From: an uncultured Syntrophomonadaceae bacterium
GTDB taxonomy: Bacteria; Bacillota; Dethiobacteria; DTU022
Reading direction: 5' to 3'
NCBI GenBank assembly: GCA_964436815.1
Contig: CAYTER010000006.1
Coordinates: 2,591-66,590 of the forward strand
DNA length: 64,000 bases
The translations under genes were made by a program, and so were the position numbers. Shown piece by piece: positions 18,025 through 25,695 of this stretch (positions within the stretch are counted from its first letter, which is position 1; each line of letters starts with the position of its first letter). The notes below the pieces were generated by a model that was not told the origin of the DNA, searched no databases, and saw only the letters and a list, made by a program, of their open reading frames with translations.

Positions 18025-19203
18025 ATGAGAGAAGTTGTTGTGATCAGTGCAGTACGGACAGCAGTTGGAACATTCGGCGGATCACTTAAAGACATCAGCC
18101 CGGTAGATTTGGGAGCCACGGTTATTAAAGAAGCGCTTGGACGAGCCGGAGTTAAAGCAGAACAGGTTGATGAAGTGATCATGGGCTGTGTGCTGCAAGC
18201 CGGATTCGGACAGAATATTGCCCGCCAGGCTGCCCTGAAAGGAGGGCTGCCGATCGAAACCCCATGTCTGACCATCAATAAAGTCTGCGGGTCTGGTTTG
18301 AAAAGTGTTACGCTTGCGGCATCGATCATTGCTGCCGGGGATGCTGATATTATCGTCGCCGGAGGTACGGAAAACATGAGTGCCGCTCCTTACCTCAATT
18401 TTGGAGCCCGCTGGGGGTTGAGAATGGGTGACAGCACGATGATCGATTCCATGGTCAAAGACGGTTTGTGGTGCGCTTTTAACGACTACCACATGGGAAT
18501 GACAGCAGAAAACCTGGCCGTAAAATTTAATATAACCCGTGAACAGCAGGATCAATTTGCTTTAGAAAGTCAGGAAAAAGCGCAAAAGGCGATTGAAAGC
18601 GGTCGTTTTAAAGATGAAATAGTACCGGTTATGGTGCCGCAGAGAAAAGGCGATCCTCTTGTTTTTGCTGTAGATGAACACCCCCGGATGACTAATATGG
18701 ACTCTTTGGCCAAACTTAAACCTGCTTTTAAAAAAGACGGCACTGTGACAGCGGGCAACGCTTCGGGTATAAACGACAGTGCAGCAGCTATAGTAGTAAT
18801 GAGCAGTGATAAGGCAAAAGAACTTGGATTAAAGCCTTTTGCCCGGATAAAAAGCTTTGCGTCAGAGGGAGTGGATCCCTCGATCATGGGAACCGGACCG
18901 ATACCGGCGACCCAAAAAGCTCTGGCAAAAGCCGGCTGGTCGGTAAGCGACCTGCAGTTGATTGAAGCAAATGAAGCTTTTGCGGTGCAGGCTTTAGCAG
19001 TTTCACAGGAACTCGGTTTTGATCCCTCAATTGTTAATGTTAACGGCGGTGCGATTGCTATCGGTCACCCGATTGGGGCCAGCGGAGCGCGTATCTTTGT
19101 TACCCTGCTGCATGAGATGCATAAACGAGAAGTCCAGCGGGGTCTTGCCACACTTTGTATCGGCGGAGGACAGGGTATTGCCTGTGCTGTAGAAATGTTA
19201 TAA
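18025..19203 (+). CDS. Acetyl-CoA C-acetyltransferase (biosynthetic/degradative thiolase II)
   Basis: 392 aa. [11 protein letters not shown] (Cys nucleophile), [19 protein letters not shown], and LCIGGGQG. Confidence 0.95.
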   Translation: MREVVVISAVRTAVGTFGGSLKDISPVDLGATVIKEALGRAGVKAEQVDEVIMGCVLQAGFGQNIARQAALKGGLPIETPCLTINKVCGSGLKSVTLAASIIAAGDADIIVAGGTENMSAAPYLNFGARWGLRMGDSTMIDSMVKDGLWCAFNDYHMGMTAENLAVKFNITREQQDQFALESQEKAQKAIESGRFKDEIVPVMVPQRKGDPLVFAVDEHPRMTNMDSLAKLKPAFKKDGTVTAGNASGINDSAAAIVVMSSDKAKELGLKPFARIKSFASEGVDPSIMGTGPIPATQKALAKAGWSVSDLQLIEANEAFAVQALAVSQELGFDPSIVNVNGGAIAIGHPIGASGARIFVTLLHEMHKREVQRGLATLCIGGGQGIACAVEML

Positions 19204-19223
19204 AAACAGGAGGTTTATGGCAA

Positions 19224-20156
19224 ATGGCTGTTAATATGAAAGGAAAAGATCTGCTTTCAATTCATGATTTGAGCAGGGAAGAAGTCGAACAGGTATTAGA
19301 TACAGCTCACATTTTGAAAATGAAAAATAAGCTGGGTGAGATTTATCATCCCTTGAAGGGGAAAACTCTGGGAATGATCTTTCAGAAGTCATCCACCAGG
19401 ACCAGAGTTTCTTTTGAAGTAGGAATGTGGCAGTTAGGCGGGTATGCGCTTTTTTTAAGCTCCAATGATCTGCAATTGAACCGTGGTGAAACTATTGCCG
19501 ATACGGCCAGAAATTTAAGCCGTTACCTGGATGGAATTATGATTCGCACTTTTTCACACCAGGACGTAATTGATCTTGCTGAATACAGTTCGGTTCCGGT
19601 GATAAACGGCCTTACCGATCTGTTGCATCCCTGCCAGGTTTTAGCCGATCTTTTTTCAATCAGGGAGAAAAAACAGAAACTGGAAGGGTTGAAACTGGCC
19701 TATATCGGCGATGGCAATAACATGGCTCATTCGCTGATGTATGGTGGTGCTAAAGCAGGCATGCATATCGTCATTTGCTCACCGTCCGGATTTGAGCCGG
19801 ATCCCGAAGTAACCCGTCTTTCGCGCCTTGACGCTACCCAGACCGGCGCCACGATCACGATTCAGGACGACCCGGTCGAAGCTGTTCAGGCGGCAGATGT
19901 TATTTATACTGACGTCTGGACCAGCATGGGCATGGAAGCTGAATACGAAGAGCGGCTGAAAAGCTTTGCCCGTTACCAGCTTAACAGCGCCCTGCTGGAA
20001 AAAGCGCGGGAAGATGTATTGGTGATGCATTGTCTGCCTGCTCACCGCGGAGAGGAGATCACTGATGAAGTGATCGATGGACCACGTTCAATCGTTTTTG
20101 ATCAGGCCGAAAACCGCCTGCATGTCCAAAAAGCGATTATGTCCCTCGTCATGTAG
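19224..20156 (+). CDS. argF: Ornithine carbamoyltransferase
   Basis: The ORF track start (19155) overlaps the thiolase. ATG 19224 lies 10 nt after AGGAGG. Motifs SSTRTRVSFE, HPCQVLAD, DVWTSMG and HCLPAHRGEE. Confidence 0.9.
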   Translation: MAVNMKGKDLLSIHDLSREEVEQVLDTAHILKMKNKLGEIYHPLKGKTLGMIFQKSSTRTRVSFEVGMWQLGGYALFLSSNDLQLNRGETIADTARNLSRYLDGIMIRTFSHQDVIDLAEYSSVPVINGLTDLLHPCQVLADLFSIREKKQKLEGLKLAYIGDGNNMAHSLMYGGAKAGMHIVICSPSGFEPDPEVTRLSRLDATQTGATITIQDDPVEAVQAADVIYTDVWTSMGMEAEYEERLKSFARYQLNSALLEKAREDVLVMHCLPAHRGEEITDEVIDGPRSIVFDQAENRLHVQKAIMSLVM

Positions 20157-20176
20157 CAGGCCTCTTTGCCGCTGAA

Positions 20177-20521
20177 TCAAAGTTCAAAGGACAGGCCGAT
20201 TACTGCGGAAGCCTTGATTATAACCTTTTTTTCATTGCCGGTATCGATAAAAATGGTGCCGGCATTTTCGTCTAATTTATAAGGCACCCCGCTTAAACTG
20301 CTGCGCCCCGAATCGGTGAGGAGCGTGAAAAGAAGGTTTTTATGATCGTGAAGAGCCTGTTCGAGGATCTGCTGTTTTTCCGCTTGCAGCTGTTCATCAG
20401 CCAGCGGTTTGCGCTGTTCTTCGCAGCGCGCTTTGGCTGCAGCGTGCTGCTGCAGGTTGCCGCAGTGCTCGGGCAGCATCATCCTGCTGCAGGCAAATTG
20501 CTGGTTAAATTTCCTGCTCAT
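20177..20521 (-). CDS. YolD-like protein (accessory partner of Gram-positive Y-family polymerases)
   Basis: 114 aa. MMLPEH motif near the N-terminus. ATGA overlap with the polymerase gene. Confidence 0.7.
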   Translation of the reverse strand: MSRKFNQQFACSRMMLPEHCGNLQQHAAAKARCEEQRKPLADEQLQAEKQQILEQALHDHKNLLFTLLTDSGRSSLSGVPYKLDENAGTIFIDTGNEKKVIIKASAVIGLSFEL

Positions 20522-21750
20522 GCGTCATGACCCCCTATTTTTCCGGCTCGCTGGAGAAGCTGTGCTCCCGGTCTCAGCGAAGAGGCGCGAAATAGACTGG
20601 TCTTTCCGAAGCGTTCCCGGACCTGATCAGCGATCCGCGCCAGTGTTTCTTCTTTTTCGCCGCGGGTGGAAAAGGGCAGGCGCAGCTGACGGTAAACTGT
20701 CAAGCCGCTTAAGTTGATACCGACAGCCCGCAGCGGTTTGCGATCCCAGTGCGTCCGGAAGAGCTGCAAAACAGTCGGATAGATGTCAAGTGCATTTGCG
20801 GTCGCTTCGGGCAGCTTTTTCTGGCGCGCAAAACCGGAGGGGTGATCAAAATCGGCCCCCCGGCAGTAGAGATGAATGGTCGTACCGATTTTTTGGTGAC
20901 GCCTTGCCCTTTGACAGACCTCCTCGATCATCTCCAGCAAGACCAGTTCGATCTCCTGCTGTTTGCGGTAGTCACGGGGCAGGGTTGCCATGTGGCCGAT
21001 GCCTTTTTGTTCCTGGAACTGATCCGGTTCAACTGAGGAATAATCGATACCCTGCGCGTTTAGCCACAGGACTTCGCCGCAGATGCCCCAGCGGCGGCGC
21101 AGCATTTCCCGGGGCAGGGCTGCGAGGTGGCCGATGGTGCGCACACCGATCCGCTGAAAGTTGCGCTGCATGCGGTGCCCGACGCCGAAAAGCGAACCGA
21201 TTGGCAGCGGCCAGGTGTGAAAGGCGTAATTGTCGCTGTTCAGTTCAAAAAACAGATCCGCTCTTTTTTTGGCAAAACAGTCACAAGCCATTTTGGCCTG
21301 GAGCGGATTTTCACCCCGGCCGATCCGGCAGCGGATTCCTGTTTCAGCCCAGATTTTTTCGATCAGCATCGCCGCTATCTCCCGGGGCGACCCCTGCAGG
21401 AATGGTGAGCTGCTTAAATCAAGAAATTGCTCATCGATTGAGTAGGGTACAACCCGGTCGGTAAACTGTTCAAAAATAGAGGTGATGCGCAGCGAATAAT
21501 CAATGTACTGCTGCATGTGCGGATGAACAAAGACAATCCAGGGACACATGCGCCGCGCTTCCCAGGCCGGCTGGCCGGTTTTGACCCCCAGGGCTTTAGC
21601 CTCCCGGCTGGCGGCCAGGATAATCCCGTGCCGCAGGGCCGGATCGCCGCATACCGCTACCGGCTTGCCACGCAGGTACGGATTGCGGGCTGCCTCCACA
21701 CTGGCGTAAAATGATTCCATGTCGGCGAGGAAAATAACTCTGCTGCGCAC
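20518..21750 (-). CDS. Y-family (translesion) DNA polymerase, UvrX/YqjW/DinB-like
   Basis: 410 aa, GTG start. VIFLADMESFYASVE... with SIDEQFLD, typical of the IMS/UmuC family. Confidence 0.9.
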   Translation of the reverse strand: MRSRVIFLADMESFYASVEAARNPYLRGKPVAVCGDPALRHGIILAASREAKALGVKTGQPAWEARRMCPWIVFVHPHMQQYIDYSLRITSIFEQFTDRVVPYSIDEQFLDLSSSPFLQGSPREIAAMLIEKIWAETGIRCRIGRGENPLQAKMACDCFAKKRADLFFELNSDNYAFHTWPLPIGSLFGVGHRMQRNFQRIGVRTIGHLAALPREMLRRRWGICGEVLWLNAQGIDYSSVEPDQFQEQKGIGHMATLPRDYRKQQEIELVLLEMIEEVCQRARRHQKIGTTIHLYCRGADFDHPSGFARQKKLPEATANALDIYPTVLQLFRTHWDRKPLRAVGINLSGLTVYRQLRLPFSTRGEKEETLARIADQVRERFGKTSLFRASSLRPGAQLLQRAGKIGGHDA

Positions 21751-21772
21751 GAGACGAAGACCATCCTTAAGG

Positions 21773-21786
21773 CGAACTTATGTTTG
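21773..21786. promoter_or_regulatory. LexA (DinR) SOS box, Cheo-box type
   Basis: CGAACTTATGTTTG compared with the Gram-positive CGAAC-N4-GTTCG-type consensus. It lies just downstream of a minus-strand TATAAT (21797..21792), upstream of the polymerase gene. Confidence 0.6.
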
Positions 21787-21900
21787 CCTAAATTATACAC
21801 CCCGGCTTCGTGAAATAAAAGGGGTATTCTGGAGTTTTTTTTGGCAGGAATAAATAGTTTACTGTAGAAACAAGTTGCTCAGTCAAAGGAGGATGAGGCC

Positions 21901-23088
21901 ATGGACAAGCCACTGTCTGGATTAAAGGTAGTTGATTTGAGCCGTTTTATCGCCGGGCCTTACTGTACGATGAAACTCGGTGATATGGGAGCGGACGTAA
22001 TTAAAGTGGAGACACCGGGGAGGGGGGACGATTCCCGTGAACTTGGACCGCCTTTCCTGGAAGGCGAGTCAGCTTACTATATGTCCTTTAACCGCAACAA
22101 AAAGAGCATCACCTTAAATCTCAGGGAAGCAAAGGCGCGGGATATCTTACAGCAGCTAATTGCTGAAGCTGATGTGTTCGTCGAAAACTTCCGTATCGGG
22201 GTTACCGCTCAAATGGGGCTGACCTACGAAGATGTAAAAAAGATAAAGGAAGATATTATTTATTGTTCAATCACCGGCTATGGCCATAATAGTCCCTACC
22301 GGGAGAAACCGAGTTTTGATGTTATGATCCAGGGCGAGGCTGGTTTGATGAGTATCACCGGGTTTCCAGACGGTCCGCCTCAACGCCTCGGGGTGGCCAT
22401 CGCCGATATTTTAGGTGGTTTTCATGCTGTCGAGGGTATACTTTTGGCATTGCTGGTAAAAAATAGAAGCGGCAAGGGTCAGTTTGTCGATGTGTCGCTG
22501 ATGGATTCGATCATTGCTATATTAACTTATCAGGCGGGCAATTTTCTGGCAACCGGTAGAGCACCAGGCCGCGTTGGCAATCGGCATCCAATGATCACCC
22601 CTTACGAGAGTTTTGAAACAGAAGACGGTTACGTGATCTTTGCGGTCGGCAACCAGCGCCTGTGGGAGAGTTTTATCAAAGCGTTGGGGAAGGAAGAACT
22701 TAATGAAGATCCACGCTTTGCTGATATGAAAAGCCGTAACCAGAATCCGGCTGAGTTGAAGGCTATTATTGAAGATCTCACCCGGCGGAAAACCACCGAA
22801 AAGTGGGTGGAGATAATGGAAAAAGCCGGGGTGCCCTGCGGCAGGATCAGGACCATTGATCAAGTCCTGACTGATCCCCATGTGGATATTCGCGAAATGG
22901 TTGTCGAAACAGCTCATCCACTGGCCGGTAAAGTCAAGCTGATTGGCGTTCCGACCAAGCTATCCCTTACTCCCGGCGCCGTTACCCTGCCACCGCCAAC
23001 ACTTGGCCAGCATACAGAGGAAATCTTAGTCAGCCTTGGGTTAACACAAAAAGAAATCAGTGATTTACGGGAAAAAGGTGTTATATAA
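21901..23088 (+). CDS. Family-III (CaiB/BaiF/Frc-type) CoA-transferase
   Basis: 395 aa. LSGLKVVDLSRFIAGPYCTMKLGDMGADVIKVE and AIADILGG (catalytic Asp context). Confidence 0.9.
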   Translation: MDKPLSGLKVVDLSRFIAGPYCTMKLGDMGADVIKVETPGRGDDSRELGPPFLEGESAYYMSFNRNKKSITLNLREAKARDILQQLIAEADVFVENFRIGVTAQMGLTYEDVKKIKEDIIYCSITGYGHNSPYREKPSFDVMIQGEAGLMSITGFPDGPPQRLGVAIADILGGFHAVEGILLALLVKNRSGKGQFVDVSLMDSIIAILTYQAGNFLATGRAPGRVGNRHPMITPYESFETEDGYVIFAVGNQRLWESFIKALGKEELNEDPRFADMKSRNQNPAELKAIIEDLTRRKTTEKWVEIMEKAGVPCGRIRTIDQVLTDPHVDIREMVVETAHPLAGKVKLIGVPTKLSLTPGAVTLPPPTLGQHTEEILVSLGLTQKEISDLREKGVI

Positions 23089-23977
23089 AACCTTACCAGC
23101 AAAATGGCAGGCGCTTGATCTCGACTCTGATCAGGGCCGTCATACACTGAGTCCGCTATCGATTCATCAGCATGTAGTCAATTTTCAGGTTGATGGCGGA
23201 CCGCATCTGCTATTCGTTGCTGATCAGGATCTGTCCAAAGGCCCGGCATCGATCGGCCTTACAAATGAAAGTTTCAGGTTATTCTCACGCCAGGTTGAGC
23301 AAATAGCTGCAGGCTGGTATGATCATCACCAACTTTTTATCGAAACCGAGTCCGTTAAGCTGGTTATTGACCGGTGCACAGGAGAAAAAATATCCTTTGC
23401 TCCGGTTTTTTTCAATGCTTTAAACGATAATGCATCATTGACTGTTCTGAATTGTTATGAAAAATTACTGAAGAGTAACGATATACCTACCCCGGCAGCG
23501 GTTTTGCTGAATTGTAACGGAGGAGAGGATTATTACCGACAGGCTATTGCCCAGAGCTTTTCTTCTATAATTAACGCACTGATTTATCAAAAGAGGCAGG
23601 AATTGATTAAATATTGTCGAAATATTTGCGGGATGGGTCATGGTCTGACTCCCAGCGGTGATGATCTAATCCATGGCGCGTTGATTGCCTTTAGTGCTTG
23701 CGGTAAGCCGGGAAAAGATTTTTTCAGGCTAGTACAGTTAGAAATGAAAGAGCTCTCAACTCTGACCGGCTTGTTTGGCTGGCATATGATCGATACAGGA
23801 TGCCGGGGTTTAACCGCAGAACCGCTGATCAGGTATCTTGAGGCAATCAACAGCGGTGTTTATGAGCCGGCAATTCTTGCAGAAGTGCTGAAAATTGGCT
23901 CCAGAACCGGCTATGATCTGGCGATAGCGGTAACAGCGACGCTTTCAGCGCTGCTGAAAAAAAAGATATTTAGATAA
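23060..23977 (+). CDS. DUF2877 / AllH (YlbF)-like protein
   Basis: 305 aa. GMGHGLTPSGDDLIHGALIAF motif. The start is uncertain: GTG 23060 overlaps the upstream gene by 29 nt, and an in-frame GTG at 23078 is an alternative. Confidence 0.7.
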   Translation: MIYGKKVLYKTLPAKWQALDLDSDQGRHTLSPLSIHQHVVNFQVDGGPHLLFVADQDLSKGPASIGLTNESFRLFSRQVEQIAAGWYDHHQLFIETESVKLVIDRCTGEKISFAPVFFNALNDNASLTVLNCYEKLLKSNDIPTPAAVLLNCNGGEDYYRQAIAQSFSSIINALIYQKRQELIKYCRNICGMGHGLTPSGDDLIHGALIAFSACGKPGKDFFRLVQLEMKELSTLTGLFGWHMIDTGCRGLTAEPLIRYLEAINSGVYEPAILAEVLKIGSRTGYDLAIAVTATLSALLKKKIFR

Positions 23978-24203
23978 TCAACACAAAAAATTAGCTTTAA
24001 AATTATTTACTTGTAATAAAGGTATTTGATGCGGACCATTGAATTAACTAAAATTAAGAAAAAACAGTATTCACTAAATCTTTTAAGTTCATAGATTCAG
24101 TATATGTTGATCTTTGGTTAAGCAAAAACTTGAAGGAGGTGATAGGAAGAACTAGAAAGGCAGGCAGTTTGTATTTTAATATCTTAGAAGGAGGACTAAA
24201 AGT

Positions 24204-25568
24204 ATGAGTGAAGGCAGGACTATGGTTTACACGCTGGATGAAGTACCAAAGCCATTTGGCAGAGCATTAGGTCTCGGTATCCAGCACGTGCTAACCATGT
24301 TTGGCGCCACTGTTTCGGTTCCGCTGATTATTGCGCCGGCTCTCGGTGCAACACCGGAACAAATTGCTATTCTCGTCGCATCAGTTATGCTCGCATCTGG
24401 TATTGCAACATTTTTCCAGGTTAACTTCGGAACCCGACTGCCGATTATCCAGGGTGTATCGTTCTCATTTTTAGGACCATTCTTTGCAATTATCGGTTTG
24501 ACGGTTGCCGGAGGCATGGAGATGTCGATGCAGTATATCGCCGGTGCTATTCTGCTCGGTGCAATCGTGGAGATGCTAGTCGGGTTTACCGGATTGATCG
24601 GTAAACTGCAGAAATTCGTCAGCCCGGTTGTTATCGGTCCAGTTATCGCTATGATCGGTTTAGCTCTTTACCAGGCCGGCGCTCCGCTTGCTGCCGCAAA
24701 CTGGTGGCTGGCTATCACCGTTATCGTATTCGCATTTTTCTTCTCACTTATTTTAGGACCGAAAAAACCGTTCTTTGCTCTCTTCCCGATTCTGTTAGCG
24801 ATCATTGTCGCTTACGTCCTCGGCATTATCCTCGGGGAAGTAAGCTTCGATGCCGTAAGAAACGCTCCCTGGATCCGTCTTCCCTGGGGTCCGGGCGGCT
24901 GGGTTCTGCCCTGGGGCATGCCCAAATTTGAAATTGGCTTCGTGCTGATCATTTTGGCCGGTTACCTGGCTTCGATGATCGAATCCTACGGGGATTATCA
25001 TGCTATTAATGAAGCAGCAGAGGGACCGCCACTTACCGATAGGCAGATCAGCCGCGGTATCGGCATGGAAGGGTTAGGCTGCTTTGTCGGCGCCCTCTTT
25101 GGCGGTCTGGCCAGCACCAGCTACACCGAGAATATCGGTTTGGTCGGTCTGACGAAAGTGGCAAGCCGCTATGTTGTTAATATCGGTGTGGTAATACTGA
25201 TTCTGATGGGGATCATCGGCAAGTTCGGCGGCCTGGTCGCTACCATTCCCGGGGCTATTGTCGGTGGACTTTACTGCACCCTGTTTGGTTTAATCGCATC
25301 AATCGGTCTCAGCAACTCGGCTAAAGCTGATATGCACTCGATGCGTAACCAGATGATCATCGGTTTTATTCTTTTCATGGGTCTGAGTTTGCCCTATTAC
25401 TTCCAGACAGCCGGCGTATCCTTTGAACCGCAGTGGCTTTCTAACATCGTGGTATCAATCGGATCGACCGGTATGGCCGTAACTGCAATCCTGGGATTAA
25501 TTCTCGACAACATCATCCCCGGGACAGATGAAGAGCGCGGTCTGCACATGTTTGGTGAAAAGAAATAA
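24204..25568 (+). CDS. NCS2-family nucleobase (xanthine/uracil/urate-type) permease
   Basis: 454 aa, polytopic. QGVSFSFLGP and YTENIGLVGLTKVASR signature regions. Confidence 0.9.
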   Translation: MSEGRTMVYTLDEVPKPFGRALGLGIQHVLTMFGATVSVPLIIAPALGATPEQIAILVASVMLASGIATFFQVNFGTRLPIIQGVSFSFLGPFFAIIGLTVAGGMEMSMQYIAGAILLGAIVEMLVGFTGLIGKLQKFVSPVVIGPVIAMIGLALYQAGAPLAAANWWLAITVIVFAFFFSLILGPKKPFFALFPILLAIIVAYVLGIILGEVSFDAVRNAPWIRLPWGPGGWVLPWGMPKFEIGFVLIILAGYLASMIESYGDYHAINEAAEGPPLTDRQISRGIGMEGLGCFVGALFGGLASTSYTENIGLVGLTKVASRYVVNIGVVILILMGIIGKFGGLVATIPGAIVGGLYCTLFGLIASIGLSNSAKADMHSMRNQMIIGFILFMGLSLPYYFQTAGVSFEPQWLSNIVVSIGSTGMAVTAILGLILDNIIPGTDEERGLHMFGEKK

Positions 25569-25595
25569 ATCTTTAAATTGAAATGCAGTTTTTAC

Positions 25596-25633
25596 AAAAA
25601 GAGAGGCAGGTATTCGACCTGCTTCTCTTTTTT
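25596..25633 (+). terminator. Rho-independent terminator after the permease gene
   Basis: AGAGAGGCAGGT-ATTCG-ACCTGCTTCTCT flanked by an A-run and a T-run, so it is potentially bidirectional. Confidence 0.6.
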
Positions 25634-25695
25634 AATAGTACTGTTTTGAGCCTTGGTACTGGGTGATTATCCGGGATGGTTTTCAGGGAAAATAA

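Noticed and set aside
19155-19223. The N-terminal extension of argF suggested by the ORF track ([23 protein letters not shown]...).
   Set aside because: It overlaps the 3' end of the thiolase gene, has no RBS and is non-homologous junk. ATG 19224 has AGGAGG 10 nt upstream and gives a normal OTCase N-terminus.
20790-21464. A 224-aa ORF, plus 20409..20717, 20749..21036, 21127..21408, 21230..21445 and 21517..21714, all on the + strand.
   Set aside because: All are antisense to the well-supported Y-family polymerase and YolD-like genes. Their products are Arg/Pro/Gly/Ala-rich low-complexity strings, as expected from the reverse frames of G+C-rich coding DNA. None has an RBS.
20177-21900. Calling the G+C-rich polymerase cassette a mobile element.
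   Set aside because: No integrase, transposase, recombinase, tRNA-adjacent attachment site or flanking direct or inverted repeats could be found. I report only a compositional anomaly.
23978-24203. A possible purine riboswitch or leader peptide upstream of the nucleobase permease. A second AGGAGG lies at about 24134, with a GTG-initiated 22-codon frame ending in a TGA that overlaps the permease ATG.
   Set aside because: I could not find the conserved purine-riboswitch junction sequences or a three-way junction. The putative uORF's GTG abuts its RBS with essentially no spacer.
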